From contig CAVSDR010000002.1 of assembly GCA_963726745.1 (NCBI GenBank), forward strand, positions 350,206 to 414,205: DNA of 64,000 nucleotides, read 5' to 3'. Shown here piece by piece: positions 11,095-21,386 of the stretch. Under the pieces are notes generated by a model. That model searched no databases and was not told the DNA's origin. It was given only the letters and a program-made list of their open reading frames with translations. Made by a program: the position numbers and the translations under genes. This DNA is from an uncultured Verrucomicrobiae bacterium. GTDB lineage: Bacteria > Verrucomicrobiota > Verrucomicrobiia > Chthoniobacterales > UBA10450. How positions within the stretch are numbered: position 1 is the stretch's first letter; every line of letters begins with the position of its first letter.

Positions 11095-11685
11095 ATGAGC
11101 AATGTAAACCAGGAGCGACGCGTCGAAGGCGATTGGTGGCATCATCCGATTCCCGAAAATGTCGTCTACGGCGAAGGCTTTTACCTCGAGACGGCGCAGA
11201 GTTTTCGCCACTTCAAAAGCAAGCGCGAACGCGCGGTCGTGATCGGCGATCACGTCTCTTGCTACGCCGGCTGTTCCTTTGCCATCGGCTTGAACGGCTC
11301 CTGCACCATCGGCGATTTCACGCTCGTGAATGGCGCCCTGATCATGGCCGAGGAACGGATCGAGATTGGAAAGCACTGCCTGATTTCCTGGAACGTCGGC
11401 CTGGCCGATTCCGACTTTCACCCGCTCGACACCGCGCAGCGTCACCTCGACACCCTCGCGCTCGCGCCTTTCTACAAAGACCGCCCGCCGCGCCCGGTTC
11501 TCCGGACCGCGCCGGTGATCATCCAGGACGGCGCGTGGGTCGGGATGAACGCGGTCATCCTCAAGGGCGTGACCATTGGCGAAAACTCCGTCGTCGCCGC
11601 CGGCGCGGTCGTTAGTCGGAGCGTGCCGGCTAATGTCATCGTTGCCGGAAACCCCGCGGTGATTGTGAAAGAACTTCCGGCCTAA
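11095..11685 (+). CDS. Hexapeptide-repeat acyltransferase
   Basis: APVIIQDGAWVG..AVILKGVTIGENSVVAAGAVV..VAGNPA left-handed beta-helix. Confidence 0.9.
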   Translation: MSNVNQERRVEGDWWHHPIPENVVYGEGFYLETAQSFRHFKSKRERAVVIGDHVSCYAGCSFAIGLNGSCTIGDFTLVNGALIMAEERIEIGKHCLISWNVGLADSDFHPLDTAQRHLDTLALAPFYKDRPPRPVLRTAPVIIQDGAWVGMNAVILKGVTIGENSVVAAGAVVSRSVPANVIVAGNPAVIVKELPA

Positions 11686-11691
11686 CGAGCG

Positions 11692-12863
11692 ATGGAGCGC
11701 AAGCGCATCGTCGTCCTCGGCTTCATGGGCTCGATCCCGATCGCCGGGGTGATTTGGCAGCACCTGCATTACCTCGTCGGGCTGCAACGGCTGGGGCATG
11801 AGGTCTACTACCTCGAGGATTCCGGCAGGCATCCCTACGACCCTGCGACGGGCGACGTCTCCGAGGATTACGGCTACGCCGCGCGTCTCCTGCGGAAATT
11901 AGGCGACGAGTTCGGCTTTGCGGATCGCTGGTCCTTTTGCGCGCGTTATCTGCCGGGGGAGCCGACCGCCGGCCTCTCGCTGGCAAAGATTCGCGAGCTT
12001 TATCGCGACGCCGATGCGCTCTTGAATGTCTGCGGGTCGCAGGAATTACACGACGACTTGTCGGCTAACGACCGCTTGATCTACGTCGAAAGCGATCCCG
12101 GCCTCGAACAAATCAAAGTCGACCAGGGAGTCGAGAAAACCCTCGCCTATCTCCGGCAGCACCGCGCGCTTTTCACCTTTGGCGAGAACGTCGGCACCCC
12201 CCGTTTTGCCGTGCCGACACAGGGCATGAAGTGGCTGCCTACCCGCCAGCCGGTGGTGACTGATTTCTGGCGCGCCGAAGCCTGCCGCCGGCCGGCGCGG
12301 TCTTCACTTCGATCGCGAATTGGAACACGAGCGATCTGAAAGACATCGAGTGGCGCGGCGAGAAATATGTCTGGAGCAAGTCGCGCGAGTTTCTCCGCTT
12401 TGTCGAAGCACCGGCGCGCGCGGGCGAGACCTTCGAGCTGGCCACCAATATCCGCGAGGAGGCCACGCGTGCGCAATTCCTTGCCGCGGGCTGGCGCTTT
12501 CATTCGCCTCAGGAGATCAGCGACGACTGGCATCTCTACCGCGATTACATCCGCGATTCGAAGGGCGAGTTCACCGTCGCGAAGGATCAATACGTGCGCC
12601 TCCGCAGCGGCTGGTTCAGCGACCGGAGCGCCTGCTACCTCGCCGCCGGACGGCCGGTCATTACCCAGCAAACTGGATTCACCGAGCACTACGGCGGCGG
12701 CGGCGGGCTCTTTGCTTTCGACTCGTTAGGCGAGATCGCCGAGGCGGTGCGCGCAATCAATGCCGACTATGCGCATCACGCGCGGGCCGCGGCCGAGCTG
12801 GCGCGGGAGGTCTTCGAAGCGGAGACCGTTCTCGCTTCGCTGCTCGACCGCGCGGGCATTTGA
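11692..12863 (+). CDS. Putative glycosyltransferase (GT-B-like), frameshift near 12280
   Basis: N-half W..LHY..GL.RLGHEVYYLED; continues in another frame as FTSIANW..SKGEFTVAKDQYV..SGWFSDRSACYLAAGRPVITQ.TGF. Confidence 0.7.
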
Positions 12864-12898
12864 TTTCGCAGGCCTTTGTCTCATCTTCCCGGTTCCTG

Positions 12899-14506
12899 AT
12901 GAGGCATCTCGCATTTCTTTCGACGGTCCTCCTGCTCTCTGCCGGCCTGTTGCCCGCACAGCAAAAAGGCACCCTGCCGCCCACCGGCGAGCCGCACGCT
13001 TCCTCCAGCCCCGCGCTTCCGCCTGCCGGAAATGTCGCCCCGCCGGCGGTGCCCGCGCGCCCGAACGGTAACATCCAGAGCAGCCTCGTGCGGATTACCT
13101 CGACCGAGTTGGAACCGGATTACCGCGCGCCCTGGAATAGCGGCGCGATCCAGCGCGGGGTCGGCGCCGGGTTTGTCATCGAGGGCGATCGCATCATGAC
13201 CAATGCTCACGTCGTGAGCAACAGCCGCTACCTCACGGTCGAGCGCGAAGGCGACCCGAATAAGTATCCCGCGAGCGTTCTCTTCGTGGCGCACGATTGC
13301 GATCTCGCCCTGATCAAGGTGGCTTCGCCCGAGTTCTACCGGAACATGGTGCCGCTTAAATTTGGCGGCATTCCCGAGCTCGAGTCGACCGTCTCCGCTT
13401 ACGGTTACCCGATCGGCGGGCAGCGCATGTCGGTCACCACCGGGATCGTTTCGCGGGTCGACTTCCAGCTCTACACGCACTCGTCGATCGACCAGCACCT
13501 CGCGATTCAGATCAGCGCGCAGATTAATCCCGGGAACAGCGGCGGCCCGGTGATGCAGAACGGCAAAGTCGTAGGCGTGGCCTTCCAAGGTTACAGCGGC
13601 GACGTCGCGCAAGGCGTGGCCTACATGATCCCGACGCCGGTGGTGACCCGTTTTTTAAAGGACGTGAGCGATGGGCGCTATGATCGCTACGTCGATCTCG
13701 GATTGACCTATTCGAAGCTGCAAAATCCCGCGCAACGCCGCTTCCTCGGGCTGGAAGATAACGATCGCGGGGTGCTCGTGAACACCGTGGTGGCGGCGGC
13801 CAACGCCTCGAAGGTGCTCAAGTCTGGCGACGTTCTCCTGGCGATCGACGATCACCCGATCGCGAGCGATTCCTTTGTCGAACTCGAAGGCGAACGCGTG
13901 GAAATGCCGGAAGTGGTCGAGCGGAAATTTCGCGGCGACACGGTCAAGCTTGACCTCTTGCGCGACCGGCAGCCGATGACGGTGAACGTCGAACTCGGCC
14001 CGATCTGGCCTTACTCGATCCAGGGTCATCACTACGATGTCCAGCCGCGCTACGTGGTTTTTGGCGGCCTGCTCTTCCAGCCGATGTCTCTCGACATGAT
14101 GCAGGCTTACCAGCCGCAGGACCTGCGTTTGCGCCATTACTTCGACTTCTTCGTGATCGAGCAGATCTACCTCGAACATCCGGAAGTGATCGTGCTGACT
14201 AATATCCTGCCAGATCCGATTAACACTTACCTCCAGCCTTATCGCGCCGGGATCGTCGATGAGGTCAATGGCCAGAAGATCAAAACCATCGCCGACCTCG
14301 CGAAGGCCTTTGCGGAAACGCCTGCGCAATACGTCATCCGCTTTATCGGCGACGGCCCGCCGCTCATCCTCGACCGCGCGGAAGTGGAAGCGGCGCGAGA
14401 GCGGATCAAGACGCGCTACAACGTGGTCAAGGAACAGAACCTGAACGAGGAAACGCCGCCGAAGCCGCCAGTAGACCCCGCCCCGAAAGAGGAGGAGGCG
14501 AAGTGA
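12899..14506 (+). CDS. Secreted trypsin-like serine protease with PDZ domains (HtrA/Deg family)
   Basis: Signal peptide from ATG 12899; triad TNAHVV, DCDLAL, INPGNSGGP; YVVFGGLLFQP second PDZ region. Confidence 0.9.
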   Translation: MRHLAFLSTVLLLSAGLLPAQQKGTLPPTGEPHASSSPALPPAGNVAPPAVPARPNGNIQSSLVRITSTELEPDYRAPWNSGAIQRGVGAGFVIEGDRIMTNAHVVSNSRYLTVEREGDPNKYPASVLFVAHDCDLALIKVASPEFYRNMVPLKFGGIPELESTVSAYGYPIGGQRMSVTTGIVSRVDFQLYTHSSIDQHLAIQISAQINPGNSGGPVMQNGKVVGVAFQGYSGDVAQGVAYMIPTPVVTRFLKDVSDGRYDRYVDLGLTYSKLQNPAQRRFLGLEDNDRGVLVNTVVAAANASKVLKSGDVLLAIDDHPIASDSFVELEGERVEMPEVVERKFRGDTVKLDLLRDRQPMTVNVELGPIWPYSIQGHHYDVQPRYVVFGGLLFQPMSLDMMQAYQPQDLRLRHYFDFFVIEQIYLEHPEVIVLTNILPDPINTYLQPYRAGIVDEVNGQKIKTIADLAKAFAETPAQYVIRFIGDGPPLILDRAEVEAARERIKTRYNVVKEQNLNEETPPKPPVDPAPKEEEAK

Positions 14507-16056
14507 AGCGCGCGCTTTATTTAGCCATCACTTTGGCCGGCTTGCTGTCGTTAGGCAGCGCCGTCGCGCAAACCCCCGCCGCGCCGAAGGGCCCGGTCAC
14601 GGTCCCGACGGTCAAGCCGAAGGAGCTCTCGTTAGTCCGGGTAAACGTCACCGGCCAGCCCTACGATTACCAGCGCCCGTGGCAGAAGAAGGCGCCCTTC
14701 TCGAAGCGCGCCCTCGGCGCCGTCTTGAGCAAAGGCCGCGTGCTCGTGACCGCCGACCTGGTGGCGAACCAAAACTACGTCGAACTCGAGCGCGCCGAGA
14801 CTGGCGAGAAAACCGGGGCCGACGTGGTCGTGATCGACTACGAGGCCAACCTCGCGCTCCTCCAGCCGAGCGATAAGAAATTCCTCGATGGCCTCACGCC
14901 CTTGCAGCTCGCACTCGACACCGTGGTCGGCGATCACCTCGCGGCGATGCAGCTCGAGCCGACTGGCGCGCTCGTGATTACCGACGGCCTGGTCACGACC
15001 ATCCAGATGACGCGCTACCCGGCCGACCTGGGGCAATTCCTCACCTACCGCATCAGCATGACGATGCAGTATCGGGACAACAGCTACACCATCCCGCTGG
15101 TGAAACAGAACAAGCTCGCCGGCCTGCTGCTGCGTTACGATCCGCGCTCGCAAGTGCTCGATGCGATCCCGGCGCCGATCATTGCGCACTTCTTGAAAGC
15201 CGCCGAGACCACGCCCTACAGCGGTTTCCCTTCCGCCGGCTTCGGCTTCTTCCCGACGCGCGATCCGCAACTGCGGAAGTACGCCGGGCAAACCGGGAAA
15301 GCCGCCGGCGTTTACGTGATGAGCATCGATCCGCGCATGCCTGCGGCACAGGCCGGGATGCAGGTGGGCGACATCATCACGAACGTCGCCGGGAACGAGA
15401 TCGACCAGAACGGCAACTACGTCGACCCGCTCTACGGCAAGATCGAGTTTACCAATTTACTGACGACGAAATTCTACGCGGGCGACACCGTGCCTTTCCA
15501 GATCCAGCGCGCCGGCAAGCCGCTGGCGCTTAACGTCGTGCTCGCGCATCGCGCCGCGGACGATTACGTGATCCCGCCGTATAACGATGGCGGCCCGCCC
15601 TCCTATTACGTTCTTGGCGGCCTGATCTTCCAGGAACTTAGCCGGCAATATCTCAAGGAATGGGGCACCAACTGGCAGAAGGAAGCGCCGCAAAGATTCG
15701 TCTACATGGATCGTTTTCAGTCCGAGCTCTTCCCGGAAGGAAAGCGGCGGGTCGTTATTCTGAGCCAGGTGCTGCCGGCGAACAGCACCATCGGATACGA
15801 CGAACTGGCTTACCTCACGGTCAAGACGGTCAACGGCCGCGAGATCAAATCGCTGCGTGATTTAGCCGACGCCGTGGGCCATCCCCTGGAAGGTGGTTTC
15901 ATCAAGATCGAGACCGAGGAAGATCCGAAACAGCTCGAGCTCGACCTCGCGCAAGTGGCCGAGGAAGCGCCCATGCTCCAGCAAAACTACGGACTCCCTG
16001 CCCTTGGCCGCCTCGACGACGAAATGGCCACGCCCGCATCCAGTCCGGCGCCCTAA
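14503..16056 (+). CDS. Secreted Deg-like PDZ protein with degenerate protease domain
   Basis: Colinear with upstream protease but TADLV, EANLAL, DNSYT replace the catalytic motifs; YYVLGGLIFQEL retained. Confidence 0.8.
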   Translation: MKRALYLAITLAGLLSLGSAVAQTPAAPKGPVTVPTVKPKELSLVRVNVTGQPYDYQRPWQKKAPFSKRALGAVLSKGRVLVTADLVANQNYVELERAETGEKTGADVVVIDYEANLALLQPSDKKFLDGLTPLQLALDTVVGDHLAAMQLEPTGALVITDGLVTTIQMTRYPADLGQFLTYRISMTMQYRDNSYTIPLVKQNKLAGLLLRYDPRSQVLDAIPAPIIAHFLKAAETTPYSGFPSAGFGFFPTRDPQLRKYAGQTGKAAGVYVMSIDPRMPAAQAGMQVGDIITNVAGNEIDQNGNYVDPLYGKIEFTNLLTTKFYAGDTVPFQIQRAGKPLALNVVLAHRAADDYVIPPYNDGGPPSYYVLGGLIFQELSRQYLKEWGTNWQKEAPQRFVYMDRFQSELFPEGKRRVVILSQVLPANSTIGYDELAYLTVKTVNGREIKSLRDLADAVGHPLEGGFIKIETEEDPKQLELDLAQVAEEAPMLQQNYGLPALGRLDDEMATPASSPAP

Positions 16057-16067
16057 CGAGCGGTCCC

Positions 16068-17487
16068 TTATTTGTTGGTCGAGGGCCGCGGCAGCGCCAG
16101 GAAATCCGCCACTTCCTGTTCGTAGGTCTGTAGTGGGTCACCCATCAGCAAGAAGTCCCGTCCTTCGCAGGCGACGGAATCCCAATTGATCACGTAGGGC
16201 TGCCGCCGCGCCTGAAACCATTCCACCGCGCGCGCCCGGCCGGCCGCGCGCGTATCCGCCGGCGGCGTCCGCATCGCTTCCGGCCGCTGCACGCTATGGT
16301 TCCATTCGCCGATGCGCTTGGCCGCGGGCACGCCGAAGAAGAGCCCCTTCGCGCGGTCAATGTTATGATACTCGAGGTCGAGACTCTGCAGCCATGGGTC
16401 GTCCCAACCGATCTTTTCCTCCTCCATGAAGGTTTCCAGGAGCCATTTTTTCGTGACCCAATCGACCCCGCCGATGAGCGCCTCCGGTTTATTAGCCAGC
16501 GCGTCGAGGGTGAAGCGCCAGCTTTCCAGCAACCAGTCGGTTTCCTCGTTTTGTCCGCCGAGATGCTGCTGCGCGAGCTGCTGGAAGCGCCACTGCAAGT
16601 CGAGGCTGCCGATTGTCTGGCCGTTCTCGAGTTGCACCAGCCAGGTCTGGGTGGGGTCGCGCGAGATTTCGCGCGTGCTCTGCACCGCATCGAGCAGGCT
16701 CCAGTTTTCCGTAAGCAGATTTTGCTCGAGCAAAGTCAGGATGCAGACGGTGGTCCCGAGCTTCAGCGCGGTCGCAAAGGGGCTCATGTTCGAGTCACCG
16801 ATGAGCAGGTGGAGCCGGCGATATTTCCGGTAATCGGCCAGCGGCTCGTCGCGCGCGTTAATGATCGCGCGGTTGAACTGCACCCACTGGTAGATGTCGT
16901 TTACGATGTGGTCAGCGCGCTGGCTAATCTGGAATGGGATCGGGGCTTCGGACGGTGGCGCCTCGAAATCAAAGGCCAGCGGATTTGCCTGCCCCACGCG
17001 TCCGGCGCCGGTGATAAATCTGGCGCGTGGCCAGGAAAGCGAGCAGCGTCCCAAGGACCGGCGGGGTGAAATGCGCCTCGCGTTTCATGAGGTAATTCTC
17101 GTGGCAGCCGAAAGTCGCCCCGGTGTGGTGATCGACGTTGTTTTTGATGAACGAGACCTCGCCGGCCGCGCCCATCGCCTCGAGGGCGGATTGCAGGAGC
17201 TGGTCGCCGGCGAGGTCGTAGGCGACGGCGTCGCGCAGGGTGCGGCACTCTGGCGACGCGTATTCGAGGTGCCCCATGTCGAGGTAAATGCGGCCGCCGT
17301 TGAGCAGGAAGCCACCATTGCCAGGCGGCTCCTCGTAGTCGCGATAATGCAGATCGAGCGCGCCCACGCGGGCCTGGCGAAAAAGATGGTTTTTCACCCG
17401 CACCGGCCAGCTCTCCGTGCCGGCCGTGGCTTGCGGGCCGCTCACCAGGCAGCCGTATTCCGTCTCCAGCCCCACGATTCGATCCAT
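16068..17487 (-). CDS. Proteasome accessory factor PafA/Dop family protein, frameshift near 17015
   Basis: RIVGLETEYG, FLLNGGRIYLD..HLEYASPEC, KNN..GCHENYL, SQRADHI, IINARDEP, YRRLHLLIGDSNMS, LDLEYHNID. Confidence 0.88.
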
Positions 17488-17579
17488 CGCCGCGTAGCAT
17501 CCGCCGCGAGGCCCACGGGGACAAGCGCCTAACGAATCAAGGCTTGAAACCCGTGCGGGAATTTCACAACTTTCCCCCG

Positions 17580-18033
17580 ATGAACCGCCTACCGGTCCGC
17601 AGCCCCGCAGCGAAAGTGCAAGGCCTGGCCTACTTCGGACGCATGCTCGACAAAATCAAAGCCCAGGCGCAGGGACAGCTCCCGCCCGATTACCAGGCGA
17701 ACCTCGGGAAAGGTTTCGACGCGCGGTGTGTGCGCTTTCTGCGGGTCGACTACCGCGCAATTAGTCGAGCGCGTGCGCCAGGGCGGGAGCGACGAAGAGA
17801 TTCTCGAATGGTGCTTCGCCAAAGGGCGCCGGCCGGAAGAGGACGAGGTCTTCATCTGGAACGAATACATGCGCAAGGTCGGCTGGAACGACGATACCAC
17901 CGAGGTGCTCATCCGGCGGAAGAAGGAAGCGGGTATGGCCGGGCGCTCGGAGATCCGGACGATGTTTGAGTTCATCGACGTGGACGAGGGCCGCTCGCTG
18001 CCCGACGCGCTTGGTTTCGAGCGCAAAGCCTGA
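17580..18033 (+). CDS. DUF5069-like protein, frameshift near 17755
   Basis: RSP....GL.YFGRMLDK, FL...Y, G.SDEEILEW, F..ID.DE; resembles 30943..31392. Confidence 0.7.
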
Positions 18034-18048
18034 GGCTGAAAGCGCTGG

Positions 18049-18195
18049 CTAATTTCTCTGCGGCCGCGCCCGCGGCGTGCCTAACGGATGCTCGCGCTCC
18101 GGCGGCAGCGGCGGCTGGCTGCGGTATTCGATCAAAGCCCAGGCGCCCAGGACGATGAGGAAAGCCGCCAGCGCCGCGAGGAGAATTCGCACCAT
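18049..18195 (-). CDS. Small single-TM protein (48 aa), below ORF-track cutoff
   Basis: Hand translation MVRILLAALAAFLIVLGAWALIEYRSQPPLPPEREHPLGTPRARPQRN*. Confidence 0.5.
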   Translation of the reverse strand: MVRILLAALAAFLIVLGAWALIEYRSQPPLPPEREHPLGTPRARPQRN

Positions 18196-18234
18196 GGTCG
18201 GGCGGACTTCTCCGGGCGGAGGCGACACGGACCG

Positions 18235-18519
18235 TTACTCCGAGAGGGTGTCGATGCGCTCGGCCAGCGCAAAGTCGAGATCGGTCAGGCCGCCTTTGCT
18301 GTGCGTGCTCAAGACCAGGCGCACCTTGTTGTAACGGATGTCGATATCCGGGTGGTGCTCTTCTTCCTCGGAAACTTCCGAGACCGCATTCACAAAATCG
18401 ACCGCTTCGGTGAAGTCATCGAACTCGAAAGTCCGCTCGATGTGTTTCTTCTCCAGCTCCCATTCCGGGACCTTTTTCAGGCGGGTTTTCAGTTGGTCCG
18501 CTTTGATCAGCTCAGCCAT
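18235..18519 (-). CDS. Pterin-4-alpha-carbinolamine dehydratase
   Basis: HHPDIDI.YNKV...L.TH..GGLT..D..LA; ATG at 18519. Confidence 0.92.
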   Translation of the reverse strand: MAELIKADQLKTRLKKVPEWELEKKHIERTFEFDDFTEAVDFVNAVSEVSEEEEHHPDIDIRYNKVRLVLSTHSKGGLTDLDFALAERIDTLSE

Positions 18520-18715
18520 AACGTCTGGACGCTTAACACCCCGGGAGGCTTTTGCAATGGGGAATGCGGCGATGTGTTTCGCGTCAAAACCACGGCGCAT
18601 CCACCATCGCCGCGCGCGCGTAAAGGCAGATCCAGCACCGCTTTCCGCGCCGGAAAATTTCGCGTGCGCACGCGGTTGACGCCCTGCCCTTCCTCCGCAG
18701 ATTAACGGCTCTCTA

Positions 18716-18789
18716 GCGCCCGTAGCTCAACTGGATAGAGCATCTGACTACGGATCAGAAGGTTTGAGGTTCGAATCCTCACGGGCGCG
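18716..18789 (+). tRNA. tRNA-Arg (anticodon ACG); CCA not encoded
   Basis: Acceptor GCGCCCG/CGGGCGC, D-arm AGCTCAACTGGATAGAGC, anticodon arm TCTGA-CTACGGA-TCAGA, T-loop GGTTCGAATCC; TTGACG about 40 nt upstream. Confidence 0.96.
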
Positions 18790-18826
18790 CGACTTTCGCC
18801 GCCGCGCGCCCCGAAGTCCTTTCCTC

Positions 18827-19042
18827 CTAGCGTCCGTGCGACACGCTGATCGAGGGATCTTGCGCTGCGAGTGCCTCCGCCGTCGTCGGCCGCCCGCGTT
18901 TCGCCAGCTCCTCGGCCGAGTAAACTTTCTTCTCGGTCGTATAGGTGGGTGTCGTCGAAGCCTGCGGCGTAGTGGAGCAACCGCTCAAGACCGGTAGCGC
19001 CAATCCGAGCAAAAGCAGACCTGTGTTCGCGATGGTTTTCAT
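18827..19042 (-). CDS. Small lipoprotein
   Basis: MKTIANTGLLLLGLALPVLSGC with lipobox. Confidence 0.7.
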   Translation of the reverse strand: MKTIANTGLLLLGLALPVLSGCSTTPQASTTPTYTTEKKVYSAEELAKRGRPTTAEALAAQDPSISVSHGR

Positions 19043-19138
19043 ACTGGAATATACGCTCAAGTGGATGCCTGTGCGCGTGCTTCCTTGCGCTGCGAATGCC
19101 TGCTTGTCGCCCCGCCAAGCATCCGCTAGAGAATTCGC

Positions 19139-19333
19139 ATGCTCGAAGATGAAGGCGATTTGAAGTTTGTCCGTCACGCGACCGCGGAGCTCGCTATCTC
19201 TTTCACCGATGCGCGCGATCACAATCTCCATGCCGCTTTCAATGGCCTGGTCGAGGCGATTGAGTCCGACCGCCGCCGCCTGCGCGCGCTCGAAGAGGAA
19301 GTGCGCGCGCTGCGCGACCGGGCCGCTAGTTAG
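19139..19333 (+). CDS. Small hypothetical protein with coiled-coil tail
   Basis: 64-aa ATG ORF ending RRLRALEEEVRALR just upstream of the helicase. Confidence 0.5.
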   Translation: MLEDEGDLKFVRHATAELAISFTDARDHNLHAAFNGLVEAIESDRRRLRALEEEVRALRDRAAS

Positions 19334-19375
19334 GCGCTCGCCAAGGCGGCGTTCCCGCGCAGAGTAGCGGCCCCG

Positions 19376-21386
19376 ATGGCCCGCTTCCGTCTCTCCGACC
19401 TCAACGAACCGCAGCGCCAGGCGGCCACCACCACCGAAGGTCCTTTGCTCATTCTCGCCGGGGCCGGCACCGGCAAGACGCGCGTCATCACCGTGCGCGT
19501 CGCTTACCTGATCGAACGCGGGGTCGAGCCGGGCTCGATTTTAGCCGTCACTTTCACCAACAAGGCCGCGAGCGAAATGCGCGAGCGCCTCGGCAAAATG
19601 ATCGCGGCGGACGCGGCCAAGGAAGTGACGATGTCGACCTTCCACGCGCTTTGCCTGCGCATCCTGCGCGCCGGGATCGATCGCCTGGGCTACAAGAATA
19701 ACTTCAGCATCTACGACGAGGGCGACCAGCTCGGGATGATCAAGAAGATCATCACCCGGACCGCGGCCAAGGACGAAAAGCTCGATCCGAACGTCGCCAA
19801 GGCTGCGATCAGCAAGGCGAAAAACAACGGCTGGGCCCCGCCGGCCGATGAAGAGACGCTTCTTGGCGCGGTCTTCCGTCGCTACTGCGCCGAATTGAAA
19901 ACCGCCAACGCGGTCGACTTCGACGACCTCCTGCTCCTGACGGTGAAGCTGCTCAACGAGCATCCGGACGTCCGCGGCGCGCTGGCAGGAGAAATTTCGC
20001 TACCTGATGGTCGACGAGTTCCAGGACACGAACAAACTCCAGCTCGAGCTGGTGCGTTTGCTCGCGGACGAGAAGAAGAACGTCGCCGTCGTGGGCGACG
20101 ACGATCAGTCGATCTATGGATGGCGCGGCGCGGAAGTGGCGAACATTCTCGAGTTCGAGCAGCACTTCCCCAATCCCACGGTGGTGCGGCTGGAGCAGAA
20201 TTACCGCAGCACCAACAGCATCCTCAACACCGCCAATTCGCTGATTAAAAACAACCCGCGCCGCCGGCCGAAGCAGCTTTGGAGCGCGAGCGGCCTGGGC
20301 GAAAAGGTGCGCTTGATCGAGGCGCCGGACGATCGCGAGGAAGGCCAGTTCATCGCCGAGGAAATTCAGCGAAAACACCAGGACAACAACGAGCCCTGGG
20401 AGAGTTTTGCCGTCCTCTTCCGGATGAACGCGCAGTCGCGCATCCTCGAGGAAAACCTCCGGCGCCTGCAGATCCCCTACCGCATCATCGGCGGGAAAAG
20501 TTTCTTCGACCGGCGCGAGATCAAGGACCTCATCGCCTACATGAGCGTGCTGGCTAATCCGGACGATGACGCCAATCTCCTGCGGATCATCAACACCCCC
20601 GCGCGCGGGATTAGCCCCGCGACCGTGAGCCAGGCGTTGCATTGGAGCGTGCAGCAAAAGACCAGCCTCTGGCAGGCGCTCCAGTCCTCCGCGCTCCACG
20701 AAACGTTAAGCGCACGCACCGTCGGCGCGATCCAGGCTTTCGTGGAATTCGTCGATACCTACGAGACGCGCGTTTCTCAGCCGCTCAGCAATCCTTCCGC
20801 GGTCATCACCGAGATGCTCAAGGAGATCGAATACGCCGCGGAGCTGAGCCGCAGCTGCAAATCGGCCGAGGAAACGAGCGCGCGGGAAAACAACCTCTTC
20901 GACATGCTCCGCGACCTCGCAGAGTTCAACGACCGCTCGACCAAAGGCCTGCGTGGGTTTTTGGACGAGGTCTCGTTAGACCAGGAGCGCGAGGAGGACA
21001 AGCAGGACGACATCGAAAAGAAAAAAGGCGTCACCCTGATCACGATGCACGCAGCCAAGGGCCTGGAGTTTGGCCACGTCTACCTCATCGGCTTGGAGGA
21101 AGGAGTTCTCCCGCACGACCGCTCGAAAACCGAAGGCACGGTCGATGAAGAACGCCGGCTGCTTTACGTCGGGATCACCCGCGCGCGCCGCACGCTCACG
21201 CTCACGCATTGCCGCACACGGATGAAATACGGCAGCGTCAGCTCCTGCACCCCGAGCTCGTTCATCAAGGAACTCGCGCCGGATTATCTCGAGCGGGTCG
21301 ATTTGAAGAAGTTGCTGACTACGCCGGTGGAGACGAACACCGGCAAGAGTCGCTTTGCGCAAATGCGCGCCGCGCTCGGCGGCTAG
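19376..21386 (+). CDS. UvrD/PcrA/Rep SF1 DNA helicase, frameshift near 19980
   Basis: AGAGTGKT, VTFTNKAA.EM, VDEFQDTN, VGDDDQSIYGWRGA, LEQNYRS, TMHAAKGLEF, EERRLLYVGITRA. Confidence 0.95.

Noticed and set aside
18716..18830. tRNA-Arg as an integration site
   Set aside because: No integrase nearby and no duplicate of the tRNA 3' end noticed in the window.
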